From positions 83,440 to 147,439 of the forward strand of contig CAVQKV010000007.1 in the NCBI GenBank assembly GCA_963713185.1: a DNA stretch of 64,000 nucleotides, in the 5' to 3' direction. Both the position numbers and the translations under genes were made by a program. Below, piece by piece: positions 40,607-50,461 of the stretch. Positions within the stretch are counted from its first letter, which is position 1, and each line of letters opens with the position of its first letter. The notes below the pieces were generated by a model, which saw only the letters and a program-made list of their open reading frames with translations, made no database searches and was not told the DNA's origin. This stretch comes from an uncultured Actinomycetes bacterium. Its GTDB lineage: Bacteria; Actinomycetota; UBA4738; HRBIN12.

Positions 40607-41011
40607 ATGGCCATGACCGGCACGATGAGGGGGTACGGCACCGCCGCGCGGCACCGGGCGGAGGCGGTGGGTCACCGGATGAAGGACCGGATGCTCGAGA
40701 AGCGCCTCGACCGCGCGAGCCACGAGGCCGAGCGCCTGCGCCTCGAGAACCAGATGCTCCGGGACGAGTTCGAGGACTCGCGTCTGGAGCATCACCGGAT
40801 CCTCGACATGCTCGAGGAGCGGTTGCCCGAAGACGGGCCCGAAGACGGGAAGGAGAACGGGGAGGGCCGGAAGAAGTCCCACAAGGGTCGCTGGATGCTG
40901 TTCCTGCTCGCGCTCGGCGGCGGCGCCTACGCGGTCTTCCGGCAGAGGCGCCACGCCGACGAGTGGAGCCGCACCGATCCCGACCGCCTGGCGACCAGCG
41001 CCTCGGCGTAG
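40607..41011 (+). CDS. hypothetical coiled-coil protein with C-terminal transmembrane helix
   Basis: GGGAGGT ribosome-binding site. ...LRLENQMLRDEFEDSRLEHHRILDMLEERL..., then WMLFLLALGGGAYAVF. Confidence 0.5.
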   Translation: MAMTGTMRGYGTAARHRAEAVGHRMKDRMLEKRLDRASHEAERLRLENQMLRDEFEDSRLEHHRILDMLEERLPEDGPEDGKENGEGRKKSHKGRWMLFLLALGGGAYAVFRQRRHADEWSRTDPDRLATSASA

Positions 41012-41048
41012 TCCCACGGAGGCGACACCCGCTCCGCATGGTCGGCCG

Positions 41049-42137
41049 GTGCATGATGGCGGTGTGACGGTGTACCACTCGACGACGTATTGGACCTCCC
41101 TGCCCGACGGGCGGGTCCGTTGCGACGTGTGCCCTCGCGCCTGCTCCCTCCATGAAGGACAGCAGGGTCTGTGCTTCGTTCGGGCGCGAGAGGGCGACCG
41201 GATCGTGCTCACCACCTACGGACGGTCGAGCGGCTTCTGCGTCGACCCGATCGAGAAGAAGCCCCTGAACCACTTCTTGCCGGGAACGGCGGTCCTGTCG
41301 TTCGGAACGGCGGGGTGCAACCTGGCCTGCCGCTTCTGCCAGAACTGGGACATCTCGAAGTCCCGCGAGATCGACACGCTCGCCGACGCCGCCTCCCCGG
41401 AGACGATCGCCGATGCGGCCCTGCGGCTCGGGTGCAGGAGCGTGGCGTTCACGTACAACGATCCGGTCATCTTCCTGGAGTACGCGATCGACGTGGCCGA
41501 CGCCTGCCACGAGCGCGGCATCAGGGCGGTCGCCGTCACCGCCGGGTACATGAACGACGGGCCACGACGGGACCTCTACCGGCACATGGACGCGGCGAAC
41601 GTCGACCTGAAGGCCTTCACGGACGACTTCTACCGTCGCACGTGTGCGGGGCGTCTCGGTCCGGTCCTCGATACGCTCCAGTACCTGAAGCACGAGACCG
41701 ACGTGTGGTTCGAGATCACGAACCTCCTGATCCCCGACCTCAACGACTCGGACGGCGAGCTCGACGCGATGACGCGGTGGGTGGTCGAGCGTCTCGGCCC
41801 CGACGTGCCCATGCACTTCACGGCGTTCCACCCGGACTGGAAGATGCTCGACCGGCCGCCGACGCCGCCGGAGACGCTCGGGCGCGCCCGGCGGATCGCG
41901 CTCGGCAACGGGGTGCGGTACGCGTACACGGGGAACGTGCACGACATGGAAGGGCAGAGCACCCGGTGCCACGCATGTGGCCACCTGCTGATCGGACGGG
42001 ACTGGTACGAGCCGGGGACCTGGGACCTCCACGAGGGCGCCTGTCCGAACTGCGGCGAACGATGCGCGGGGGTGTTCGAGGCGGAGCGAGGGCGATGGGG
42101 CGCGAGGAGGTTGCCGGTCAGGCTCGGAGCGGCGTGA
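41049..42137 (+). CDS. AmmeMemoRadiSam-system radical SAM enzyme
   Basis: ...VRCDVCPRACSLHEGQQGLCFVR...SGFCVDPIEKKPL...GCNLACRFCQNWDIS... and C-terminal CHACGHLL...CPNCGE. Matches the AmmeMemoRadiSam radical-SAM family. Confidence 0.85.
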   Translation: MHDGGVTVYHSTTYWTSLPDGRVRCDVCPRACSLHEGQQGLCFVRAREGDRIVLTTYGRSSGFCVDPIEKKPLNHFLPGTAVLSFGTAGCNLACRFCQNWDISKSREIDTLADAASPETIADAALRLGCRSVAFTYNDPVIFLEYAIDVADACHERGIRAVAVTAGYMNDGPRRDLYRHMDAANVDLKAFTDDFYRRTCAGRLGPVLDTLQYLKHETDVWFEITNLLIPDLNDSDGELDAMTRWVVERLGPDVPMHFTAFHPDWKMLDRPPTPPETLGRARRIALGNGVRYAYTGNVHDMEGQSTRCHACGHLLIGRDWYEPGTWDLHEGACPNCGERCAGVFEAERGRWGARRLPVRLGAA

Positions 42138-42904
42138 TCCGAAGGGCGATCGCGGCCGGCTCGTTCTACCCGGCGGCACCGGCGACCCTGGCCGCGACCG
42201 TCGACGAACTGCTCGCCGACGCATCGTCCGGCGGGGGTCCGACGCCCAAGGCCCTGGTCGTCCCGCACGCCGGCTACGTCTACTCCGGGCCAGTCGCTGC
42301 GACCGCGTACGCGCTCGTCCGACGCGACGTGCGGAGCGTCGCCCTCGTCGGTCCCGCCCACTTCGTCGCGCTACGCGGATCCGCCGTCCCCGCGGCCGAC
42401 CTGTGGGCGACGCCGCTCGGCGACGTCGCGATCGACCCGGACCTCCGCGACATCACGATCGAGGGCGGCACACAGCTCGACGATCGCCCGCACGAGCCCG
42501 AGCACGCACTGGAGGTCCAGCTGCCGTTCCTCCAGCGCATCCTCGGTCCCGGGTTCGCCGTCGTGCCGGTCGCCGTCGGGATCGCGACACCGACCCAAGT
42601 GGCCGACCTGCTCGAGCGGCTGTGGGAAGCCGCCGATCTGATCGTCGTGAGCACCGACCTGAGCCACTACCTGGATCGGGCGACGGCGGAGCGCATGGAC
42701 CGAGCGACCGCGGACGCCGTGGTGGCTCGGGACCCCGACGCGATCGGCGACCGGGCGGCATGCGGGATCTACGCGCTCCGGGGGCTGGCCGAGCTCGCCC
42801 GCAGGCGCGAGCTCGAGGTGCGCAGCCTGGATCTGCGGACGTCCGCCGACACCGGTGGCGGCCCCGAGCGGGTCGTGGGCTACGGAGCCTTCGCCCTCGC
42901 TTGA
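42134..42904 (+). CDS. AmmeMemoRadiSam-system protein B (MEMO1-family)
   Basis: VIRRAIAAGSFYPAAPATLAATVDELLA...LVVPHAGYVYSGPVAATAYA...VGPAHF.... The GTG start overlaps the radical-SAM TGA stop (GTGA). Confidence 0.8.
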   Translation: MIRRAIAAGSFYPAAPATLAATVDELLADASSGGGPTPKALVVPHAGYVYSGPVAATAYALVRRDVRSVALVGPAHFVALRGSAVPAADLWATPLGDVAIDPDLRDITIEGGTQLDDRPHEPEHALEVQLPFLQRILGPGFAVVPVAVGIATPTQVADLLERLWEAADLIVVSTDLSHYLDRATAERMDRATADAVVARDPDAIGDRAACGIYALRGLAELARRRELEVRSLDLRTSADTGGGPERVVGYGAFALA

Positions 42905-42975
42905 CTCCGCATCCCCGATCGGTGCCCCGAGCCGCCCCGCGCTCCGACGCCGAGGCCCGCGCTACAGTCGGGCGG

Positions 42976-44172
42976 ATGGACTTCGCCCCGACGGACCCCG
43001 GGTTCATCGCCGATCCCTATCCCGTCTACGCCGAGCTCCGGGCGCAGTCACCCGTCCGCTTCGACGAGGCGACCGACCACTGGTTGATCTCGCGGTACGA
43101 GGACGTGAACTCGCTCCTGCGCGACCGCCGGTTCGGACGGACCTATCGACACGTCGCCACGCATGCGGAGATGCGTCATGCCGATCCGCCGGATTGGCAC
43201 GCGCCGTTCTGGGACCTGATCAACGCCGGCATCCTCGACATGGAACCGCCGAACCACACCAGGGTCCGACGGCTCGTCTCCAAGGCGTTCACGCCCCGCT
43301 TCGTCGAGAACCTGCGGCCCCGCGTGCAGGCGATCATGGACGACCTCGTCGACCAGATCGCCGGCGCAGGCGAGTTCGACCTCATGCAGGTCGCCGAACC
43401 TCTCCCGGTCACGGTGATCGCCGAGATGCTGGGGGTGCCCGAGGCCGACCGTCACCACCTGCGACCGTGGTCCGCCGACATCTGCAAGATGTACGAGCTG
43501 AACCCCACGACCGAGATGCAGCGCGACGCCGTGCGCGCCAGCGACGAGTTCTCGGCGTACCTGCGGGAGCTCGCGCACGAGCGCCAACGCGATCCCGGTG
43601 ACGACCTGATCTCGCAGCTCGCGCTCGTCGTCGACGAGGGGGAGAAGCTCACCGAGGACGAGCTGGTCGGGACCTGTGTGCTGCTGCTGAACGCGGGCCA
43701 CGAGGCCACGGTCAACTCGACGCTGCTCGGCTGGTGGTCGCTGTTCCGATACCCGGACGCCCTACGACAGCTCCGCGCCGATCGCTCGCTCCTGCCGGCC
43801 GCGATCGAGGAGCTCCTGCGGTTCGACACCCCGCTGCAGATGTTCGAGCGGTGGGTGCTCGAACCCTTCGAGATCCACGGCGCCCTGATCCCCATGGGCG
43901 CGGAGCTCGGCCTGCTGTTCGGTTCGGCCAACCGCGACCCGTCGGTCTTCGACCGGCCCGACGAGCTCGACCTCACCCGTGAGCCGAATCCGCACCTGAC
44001 GTTCGGGGCGGGGATCCACTTCTGCCTCGGCGCGCCGCTCGGCCGCCAGGAGCTGCAGGTCTCGTTCGCGACGCTGATGGATCGCTTCCCGAACCTCGAG
44101 CTCGTCGAGGAGCCTCGCTGGAAGCCGAACTACATCATCCGGGGGCTCGAGGGCTTGCGGGTCCGTCCCTGA
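42976..44172 (+). CDS. cytochrome P450
   Basis: ...LLLNAGHEATVN...EELLRF...FGAGIHFCLGAPLGRQE.... Heme-binding loop. Confidence 0.9.
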   Translation: MDFAPTDPGFIADPYPVYAELRAQSPVRFDEATDHWLISRYEDVNSLLRDRRFGRTYRHVATHAEMRHADPPDWHAPFWDLINAGILDMEPPNHTRVRRLVSKAFTPRFVENLRPRVQAIMDDLVDQIAGAGEFDLMQVAEPLPVTVIAEMLGVPEADRHHLRPWSADICKMYELNPTTEMQRDAVRASDEFSAYLRELAHERQRDPGDDLISQLALVVDEGEKLTEDELVGTCVLLLNAGHEATVNSTLLGWWSLFRYPDALRQLRADRSLLPAAIEELLRFDTPLQMFERWVLEPFEIHGALIPMGAELGLLFGSANRDPSVFDRPDELDLTREPNPHLTFGAGIHFCLGAPLGRQELQVSFATLMDRFPNLELVEEPRWKPNYIIRGLEGLRVRP

Positions 44173-44333
44173 CGGGTCCTCTACTCGGACACACGGCGTG
44201 CCTCACGCCGAACCCGCGCCCGGGCGGCCACGCCGCCGGCTCGAGAGGGCAAACGGGCTCCGGGCGTTCTGGAAAGAGCGGCTGGCCGCGCTGGCCCAGA
44301 TGCTCCAACCGTAGCGGGGGCTATCCTCGGTCC

Positions 44334-45200
44334 GTGCCGCTGTACCTGCTGACCGAGCCGGATGAGGCGCTCGTCGAGCCGGCGATCGTCGCCGCCCTGG
44401 ACGGGTGGATCGACGCGGCGGGCGCCTCGACCGCGGCGGCCGAGCGGGTGGCCCACGGGTCGACGCCGATCGCGACGTTCGACGCCGACCTGTTGTTCGA
44501 CTTCCGCTCGCGCAGGCCGGTGCTCGACGTCGTCGACGGCCGGCTGAGCGAGCTCACGTGGCCCGAGCTGACGATGCGTCGGACGCGGATCGGCGCACGC
44601 GACGTGCTCGTGCTCGCGGGTGCCGAGCCGGATTTCCGCTGGCAGGAACTCGGGCGGGACGTCCGGGAGATCGTCCGGCGCCTCGGCGTGACCCAGTGGG
44701 TGAGCCTCGGCGCGATCCCGACCGCGGTCCCCCACACGCGGCCGGTGCCGGTCCTGGCCACCGCCTCGGGCGATGGGCTCCTGCACGATGACGAGCAGGT
44801 GGGGCCGGCCGGGTTGCTCCGGGTCCCGTCCGCCGCGTTGTCGACGCTGGAGAAGACCATCGCGGACGACGGCGTCCCGACGGTCGGCTTCTACGCGCAG
44901 GTGCCGCACTACGTGGGCGGACCCTACGCGGCGGCCGCGATCGCGATCCTCGAGCACCTCGGACGGCACCTCGGCGTCGAGGTGCCCCTCGACGGGCTCC
45001 CCGACGAGGCGATGGCGCAGCGCCAGCGGCTGGACCAGATCGTCCAGGCCGACGACGACTCGCGCACCTACGTCGAACGCCTCGAGTCGGTCGTGGACAA
45101 CCAGGAGATGCCGACGGGCGACGAGCTCGTGAGCGAGATCGAACGGTTCCTGCAGCAGGGGGGCGACGGCGGCTCCTCCGCCGGGCCCCTCGGCGGATAG
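44334..45200 (+). CDS. PAC2-family protein (proteasome-assembly-chaperone-like, actinobacterial)
   Basis: 288 aa: MPLYLLTEPDEALVEPAIVAALDGWIDAAGAS...VLVLAGAEPDFRWQE.... Typical size and N-terminal pattern. Confidence 0.6.
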   Translation: MPLYLLTEPDEALVEPAIVAALDGWIDAAGASTAAAERVAHGSTPIATFDADLLFDFRSRRPVLDVVDGRLSELTWPELTMRRTRIGARDVLVLAGAEPDFRWQELGRDVREIVRRLGVTQWVSLGAIPTAVPHTRPVPVLATASGDGLLHDDEQVGPAGLLRVPSAALSTLEKTIADDGVPTVGFYAQVPHYVGGPYAAAAIAILEHLGRHLGVEVPLDGLPDEAMAQRQRLDQIVQADDDSRTYVERLESVVDNQEMPTGDELVSEIERFLQQGGDGGSSAGPLGG

Positions 45201-45311
45201 CCCTGCGCAGCCTCGCCGGGCCGACCCGAAGGACCGTCCTACGACGGTCCGTTCGTCCGTATCCGCGGAGAGCGCTTCGGCGCACGCTCGGGGCGGGAAG
45301 AGGCGAGGACG

Positions 45312-45821
45312 ATGAGCGTGAGGAGCGAGCTGGTCCTGTATTCGGGCACGTTCGTTCTGTTCGCGGGGGTGCTGCTCTGGGCGGGCGACGCCACCTTGCC
45401 GGTCGTCCTGATCGCCGGCGGACTGCTCGTGGTGCTGATCGCGGTCGCTGCATGGCAGGTCCAGCGCGTGCCGCGCATCCTGGTCGTCGGGCAGCGATCG
45501 GCCCAGGTCGGTCGGCTGGAGGACGCGGTCGAGCGTGCCGGGTACGAGGTCGACCGGTGCGGCGGGCCGGCGAACCGGCCGTGCCCCGTCTTCCGCGGTC
45601 GGCCGTGTCCGCTGGCCGAGCGCCCGCTCGCGGCGATCGTCTACCGGGCCGACGGTGAGCACGGGCCCTTCGCCCCGTGCGGTGTGGCGTTCAGGATCCC
45701 CGAGGTGATCGTGGAGGAGCATCTGGACGCGGAGCAGGCGACCATCGGCCGGATGGCCCGGATCGGGTTCGATCGAGGCCCCGACCGCGTGGTCCACGAG
45801 ATGGAGCAGCTGCTGACCTGA
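45312..45821 (+). CDS. hypothetical membrane protein (two N-terminal transmembrane helices, Cys-containing cytoplasmic domain)
   Basis: Open frame with a ribosome-binding site. No family recognised. Confidence 0.4.
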   Translation: MSVRSELVLYSGTFVLFAGVLLWAGDATLPVVLIAGGLLVVLIAVAAWQVQRVPRILVVGQRSAQVGRLEDAVERAGYEVDRCGGPANRPCPVFRGRPCPLAERPLAAIVYRADGEHGPFAPCGVAFRIPEVIVEEHLDAEQATIGRMARIGFDRGPDRVVHEMEQLLT

Positions 45822-45852
45822 TGACGTGACCGGCGGCCGGTAGCATTCCCGC

Positions 45853-46539
45853 ATGGCGGAGCGCACCGACGAACGCGCGTCACGATCCCGCGCGGAGCCG
45901 CCCTCCGAGCGCACGCGCGTCCGGCGGCTCCCCGAACGCGGCGTCTACGACCGCGAGCAGATCGACGCGATCGTGGACGAGGCCCTCATCTGTCACCTCG
46001 CCTACGTGAAGGACGGCGAACCCCGCGTGATCCCGACGATCCACGCGCGGGTGGCCGACACCCTCTACGTCCACGGTTCGAACGCCAGCCGGACGCTCCG
46101 CTCGACCAAAGGCGGGGCGCCGGTGGCCGCGGAGGTCACGCTCCTCGACGGGATCGTCCTGGCACGGAGCGCGTTCCATCACTCGATGAACTACCGCTCG
46201 GTGGTGATCTACGGGCGCGCGCGCGAGGTCACCGATCCCGCCGAGAAGTTCGAAGCGCAGCGGGCGCTGGTCGAGCACGTGGTCCGCGGCCGCGCGACGG
46301 ACGCCCGCCTGCCGAACCAGCGGGAGCTCGACCAGACGACGATCCTCGCGATCCCGATCGAGGAGGCGTCGGCGAAGGTCCGCACCGGCCCGCCGAAGGA
46401 CGATGAGGAGGACCTGTCGCTGCCGGTCTGGGCGGGTGTGCTTCCGCTCGCCACGGTGCCGGGAGAACCCGAGCCCGACCCGTCACTGCCGGAAGGGATC
46501 GAGCCCCCCTCCTACGTGACCCGCTACACGCGCCCCTAG
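45853..46539 (+). CDS. pyridoxamine 5'-phosphate oxidase-family FMN-binding protein (NimA-like)
   Basis: ...LPERGVYDREQIDAIVDEALICHLAYVKDGEPRVIPTIHARVADTLYVHGS...SMNYRSVVIYGRAREVTD.... Confidence 0.75.
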   Translation: MAERTDERASRSRAEPPSERTRVRRLPERGVYDREQIDAIVDEALICHLAYVKDGEPRVIPTIHARVADTLYVHGSNASRTLRSTKGGAPVAAEVTLLDGIVLARSAFHHSMNYRSVVIYGRAREVTDPAEKFEAQRALVEHVVRGRATDARLPNQRELDQTTILAIPIEEASAKVRTGPPKDDEEDLSLPVWAGVLPLATVPGEPEPDPSLPEGIEPPSYVTRYTRP

Positions 46540-46598
46540 CTCAGGCGGGCGCGTCGCCGGCGCCGGTTCCACGGGCCGCGTCCTACGCTGTCGCTCCG

Positions 46599-47816
46599 AT
46601 GAGCGACCGCGCGAGGCACCCCGGCCTCCGACAGAACCTGCGCTCCCTGCCGCCCGCCGCCTGGGTGTTGTTCGGCGGGACGTTCGTGAACCGTCTCGGC
46701 ACGTTCGTGATGCCGTTCATCACCCTGTACCTGACCCAGCGGGGCTTCACCGTCCCGCAGGCGGGGCTGGCCCTCGCGATGTACGGGGTCGGTGGTGTGG
46801 CTGCCCAGTTCCTCGGCGGCTGGCTCGCCGACCGGATCGGCCGCCGCAACGCGATCGGGTTCTCGATGCTCGGGGCGTCCGCGATCACGCTCGCGCTGTG
46901 GCAAGCGTCGAGCCTGGCCGTGATCTACGCCCTGATGCTCCTGCTCGCGCTGGTGGCCGAGATGCATCGCCCGGCGGCCTCGGCCCTGATCGCCGACCTG
47001 GTCCCGAGCGAGCAACGGGTCACCGCCTTCGCGGTGTTCCGTCTCGCGATCAACGTCGGCTGGGCGTTCGGGCTGACGCTCGGCGGCCTGCTGGCCGACC
47101 GCTCGTTCAGCTACCTGTTCGTCGGCGACGCGGCCACCTCGGCCGCGTTCGGCGTGATCTCGCTGATCGCCCTCCCGCACGGCACCCGTACGTCGCGCGA
47201 GGCCGAGCGCCACCTCCCCGGGGCGACGCGCACGATCCTCGCGGATCGCGGGTTCCTCCTGTTCCTCGCCTCGGTCCTGATCGGCGCATCGATCTACATG
47301 CAGAACGTCTCCACGTTCCCGCTGCACATCCGGGAGGCCGGATACTCGACCTCGGTCTACGGGGGCCTGCAGGCGCTGAACGGCGTGATCGTGGTCCTGC
47401 TCGAACTGCCGATCACCTCGTGGACCGGGCCGAGGTCGCGGACGCGGATGATCGCGCTCGGCGTGCTCCTGATCGGTCTCGCGTTCGCCTCGCTGATCGT
47501 GGCCAGATCCATCCCGGCGCTCGCCGCGATGGTCCTCGTGTGGACGCTGGGCGAGATCATCTCGTCGCCGGTCTCGAGCGCGTTCGTCGCCGATCGCTCG
47601 CCCGAGCACACCCGGGGGCGGTACCAGGCCTCGCTCGGGGTGATGTTCGCGTTCGGGGCCATCGTCGGACCCACGATCGGGACCGTGACCTATGCCTTCA
47701 ACCCCGACGTCCTGTGGATCGGATGCGGCGTCGCGGGCGTGGGGGCCGCCGCGCTCGCCCTGGCCGCGGGTCGCCATCCCGCCCCGGTCGTCCGGGTTGA
47801 CGCTTCCGGGACGTAG
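46599..47816 (+). CDS. MFS transporter
   Basis: 405 aa, 12 transmembrane helices. ...GGWLADRIGRR... motif. Confidence 0.85.
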   Translation: MSDRARHPGLRQNLRSLPPAAWVLFGGTFVNRLGTFVMPFITLYLTQRGFTVPQAGLALAMYGVGGVAAQFLGGWLADRIGRRNAIGFSMLGASAITLALWQASSLAVIYALMLLLALVAEMHRPAASALIADLVPSEQRVTAFAVFRLAINVGWAFGLTLGGLLADRSFSYLFVGDAATSAAFGVISLIALPHGTRTSREAERHLPGATRTILADRGFLLFLASVLIGASIYMQNVSTFPLHIREAGYSTSVYGGLQALNGVIVVLLELPITSWTGPRSRTRMIALGVLLIGLAFASLIVARSIPALAAMVLVWTLGEIISSPVSSAFVADRSPEHTRGRYQASLGVMFAFGAIVGPTIGTVTYAFNPDVLWIGCGVAGVGAAALALAAGRHPAPVVRVDASGT

Positions 47817-47822
47817 CGGGTA

Positions 47823-47856
47823 GATATATCGGAGCGATATACTCAATCGATATATC
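47823..47856. promoter_or_regulatory. AT-rich operator-like repeats (three GATATA(T/C) units, 13-bp spacing, two perfect GATATATC palindromes) upstream of padR
   Basis: tagATATATCggagcGATATActcaatcGATATATCgag lies in the 77-bp gap before the PadR gene. An AT-rich island in a 70% GC background. Confidence 0.45.
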
Positions 47857-47893
47857 GAGACGCAGCGCAGGGCCAAGGTAGGGAAGGAACCGG

Positions 47894-48478
47894 ATGCTCG
47901 AGCTCGCGATCCTCGGGCTGCTCAAGGAGCGGTCCATGCACGGATATCAGCTGTCGAAGCGCCTCACCGACTCCCTCGGAGGGTTCTGGCGCGTGTCGTA
48001 CGGCTCGCTGTACCCGTCGCTGAAACGCCTGGAACGCCAGGGCGCCGTCGAGCAGATCTTCGACAAGCAGGAGGTCGGCCGCCGGAAGAACGTCTACCGG
48101 ATCACCGAGCCAGGTGAGACGCTCTTCCGTCAGCTGCTGGAGGAGTCCGGACCGGAGTCCTCAGGCGAGGACAACCGCTTCCGCGTCCGTCTGGCGTTCT
48201 TCAAGTACCTGTCGCCGGAGACGCGGATCCGGCTGCTCGAGCGTAGGCGTGCCTTCCTCGAGGAGCGGCTCTCGACGATCCGGACCTCGCTCGCGACCAC
48301 GGGCGGCGACACCTACACGGTGTCCCTCATGCAGCACGGCCGCGAGAGCACCGAGCAAGACATCGCGTGGCTGAACGGGCTCATCGCTGCCGAACGCCGC
48401 GCCACCGAGACCACGTCAGGGGGCTCGAAGCGCCGGAGCGCCGGCCGGTCGCTTCGCAGAAAGGAGCGCGCAACATGA
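47894..48478 (+). CDS. PadR-family transcriptional regulator
   Basis: [52 protein letters not shown]. Confidence 0.85.
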   Translation: MLELAILGLLKERSMHGYQLSKRLTDSLGGFWRVSYGSLYPSLKRLERQGAVEQIFDKQEVGRRKNVYRITEPGETLFRQLLEESGPESSGEDNRFRVRLAFFKYLSPETRIRLLERRRAFLEERLSTIRTSLATTGGDTYTVSLMQHGRESTEQDIAWLNGLIAAERRATETTSGGSKRRSAGRSLRRKERAT

Positions 48479-49602
48479 GCAAGGTCCGACTCGCGATCGT
48501 CGGCACGGGCAACTGCGCGTCGTCTCTCGTCCAGGGGCTCGAGTACTACAAGGATGCCGATGCCAGCGACACCGTGCCCGGCCTCATGCACGTCGATCTC
48601 GGCGGGTACCACATCAACGACGTCGAGATCGTCGCGGCGTTCGACGTCGACGCGAAGAAGGTCGGCACGGACGTCGCGGAGGCCATCGTGTCCGAGCCCA
48701 ACAACACGATCCGCTTCGCGGAGGTCCCTCCGACGGGCGTGGTGGTCCAGCGGGGGCCGACGTTCGACGGCCTGGGCCGGTACTACCGCGAGACGATCGC
48801 CGAATCCGAGCTGCCCCCGGTCGACGTCGCCAAGGCGCTCCGCGACGTGCAGGCCGACGTCGTCGTGTCGTACCTCCCGGTCGGCTCGGAGCAGGCCGCC
48901 AAGCACTACGCGCAGGCGGCGCTCGACGCGCACGTCGCGTTCGTCAACTGCCTGCCGGTCTTCATCGCCTCCGACAAGAAATGGGCGCAGAAGTTCGTCG
49001 AGGCCGGCGTCCCGATCGTGGGCGATGACATCAAGAGCCAGGTCGGCGCGACGATCATCCACCGGGTGCTCACGAAGCTGTTCGAGGACCGCGGCGTCAA
49101 GCTCAACCGGACCTACCAGCTGAACTTCGGCGGCAACATGGACTTCATGAACATGCTCGAGCGCGAGCGGCTGACGTCCAAGAAGGTCTCCAAGACGCAG
49201 TCGGTCCAGTCGCAGATGCGCAAGAAGCTCGACAAGCGGAACATCCACATCGGCCCGAGCGACCACGTGCCGTGGCTCGAGGACCGCAAGTGGGCGCAGA
49301 TCCGGCTCGAGGGCCAGGCGTTCGGGGACGTGCCGTTGAACGTCGAGCTCAAGCTCGAGGTCTGGGACAGCCCGAACTCGGCCGGCATCGTGATCGACGC
49401 GCTGCGGTGCGCGAAGCTCGCGCTCGACCGCGGTCAGGCCGGCCCGTTGATCGGCCCGAGCGCCTACTTCATGAAGTCGCCGCCGGTGCAGTTCAGCGAC
49501 GACGCCGCCCGCGAGATGGTCGAGCAGTTCATCCTCGGGAACGGCGCGAGCAAGGACGCCGACTGGACGGCGTTCTTCGACATCGAGCCCGCGCAGGCCT
49601 GA
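48475..49602 (+). CDS. ino1: myo-inositol-1-phosphate synthase
   Basis: [25 protein letters not shown]...[28 protein letters not shown].... The ATG overlaps the padR stop (ATGA). Confidence 0.9.
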   Translation: MSKVRLAIVGTGNCASSLVQGLEYYKDADASDTVPGLMHVDLGGYHINDVEIVAAFDVDAKKVGTDVAEAIVSEPNNTIRFAEVPPTGVVVQRGPTFDGLGRYYRETIAESELPPVDVAKALRDVQADVVVSYLPVGSEQAAKHYAQAALDAHVAFVNCLPVFIASDKKWAQKFVEAGVPIVGDDIKSQVGATIIHRVLTKLFEDRGVKLNRTYQLNFGGNMDFMNMLERERLTSKKVSKTQSVQSQMRKKLDKRNIHIGPSDHVPWLEDRKWAQIRLEGQAFGDVPLNVELKLEVWDSPNSAGIVIDALRCAKLALDRGQAGPLIGPSAYFMKSPPVQFSDDAAREMVEQFILGNGASKDADWTAFFDIEPAQA

Positions 49603-49714
49603 GATCCGGATCCGCCGCTGACGGTCTATCCGCGGCTTCGGATGCGGCTGCGGCTCGCCCAGCGGCCGCTGTCGAGCGGCTGCCCTCCCCGAGCGTTCGA
49701 ACCGTCGGGCGTGA

Positions 49715-49912
49715 ATGGTCGTCCATCCAGACATGCAGCGGCGAGAGATCGGCAGCCTGATCATCGCCACCACCGGAACCGGTTGCTCTCGAGGCGGGCA
49801 CGCCGAGATGGAACTCTTCGTGACCGAGGCGAACGAGCCGGCCGTCGATCTCTACCGCAAGCTCGGGTTCCGCCAGATCGATCGGCCGACACAACCACCG
49901 CCACCCTTTTGA
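49715..49912 (+). pseudogene. GNAT acetyltransferase C-terminal remnant (about 65 aa)
   Basis: ...HPDMQRREIGSLII...AEMELFVTEANEPAVDLYRKLGF is only the C-terminal motif A/B region. No upstream N-terminal domain is present. Confidence 0.4.
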
Positions 49913-50059
49913 GTTCGGGGATCATCGCGCACCGAGCGCCGGATCCTCCAGGGCAGTCGTCGAGGGTGGGGAGATGTCGATCGTCCTCGGGTGTCGGACG
50001 TGTGCCTCCACCTCTGCCCCTCCGTACCCTGTCTCGGAGGGACGAGGAAGGAGCCAACC

Positions 50060-50461
50060 ATGCGAGCCACCCGCTCGAACCCCGACACCGTCGCGACGCC
50101 GATGGGCACCTATTCCCAGGCCGTCCGGGTCGAGACGGCCGACGCCATCTGGGTCCACATCTCCGGACAGATCTCGGCCGATCTGGACGGCAACCTGGTC
50201 GGGCCGGGCGACCTGCGCGCCCAGACCCGGCAGGTGTTCGAGAACCTGCGCGCGATCCTCGAGGCGAACGGCGCCGCGTTCGGCGACGTCGTCAAGATCG
50301 GGACCTACCTCACTACGCTCGACGACCTCGCCGGCATGCGCGAGGTCCGCAGCGAGTACTTGTCGTCCGAGCCGCCGGCGAGCACGGCCGTCCAGGTGGT
50401 GGCGCTCGTCGTCCCCGAGGCGATGATCGAGGTGGACCTCGTGGCGGTGGTGCCGGCGTGA
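50060..50461 (+). CDS. RidA/YjgF-family protein
   Basis: MRATRSNPDTVATPMGTYSQAVRVETADAIWVHISGQIS...GAAFGDVVKIGTYLT...VQVVALV. GGAAGGAG ribosome-binding site. Confidence 0.8.
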   Translation: MRATRSNPDTVATPMGTYSQAVRVETADAIWVHISGQISADLDGNLVGPGDLRAQTRQVFENLRAILEANGAAFGDVVKIGTYLTTLDDLAGMREVRSEYLSSEPPASTAVQVVALVVPEAMIEVDLVAVVPA

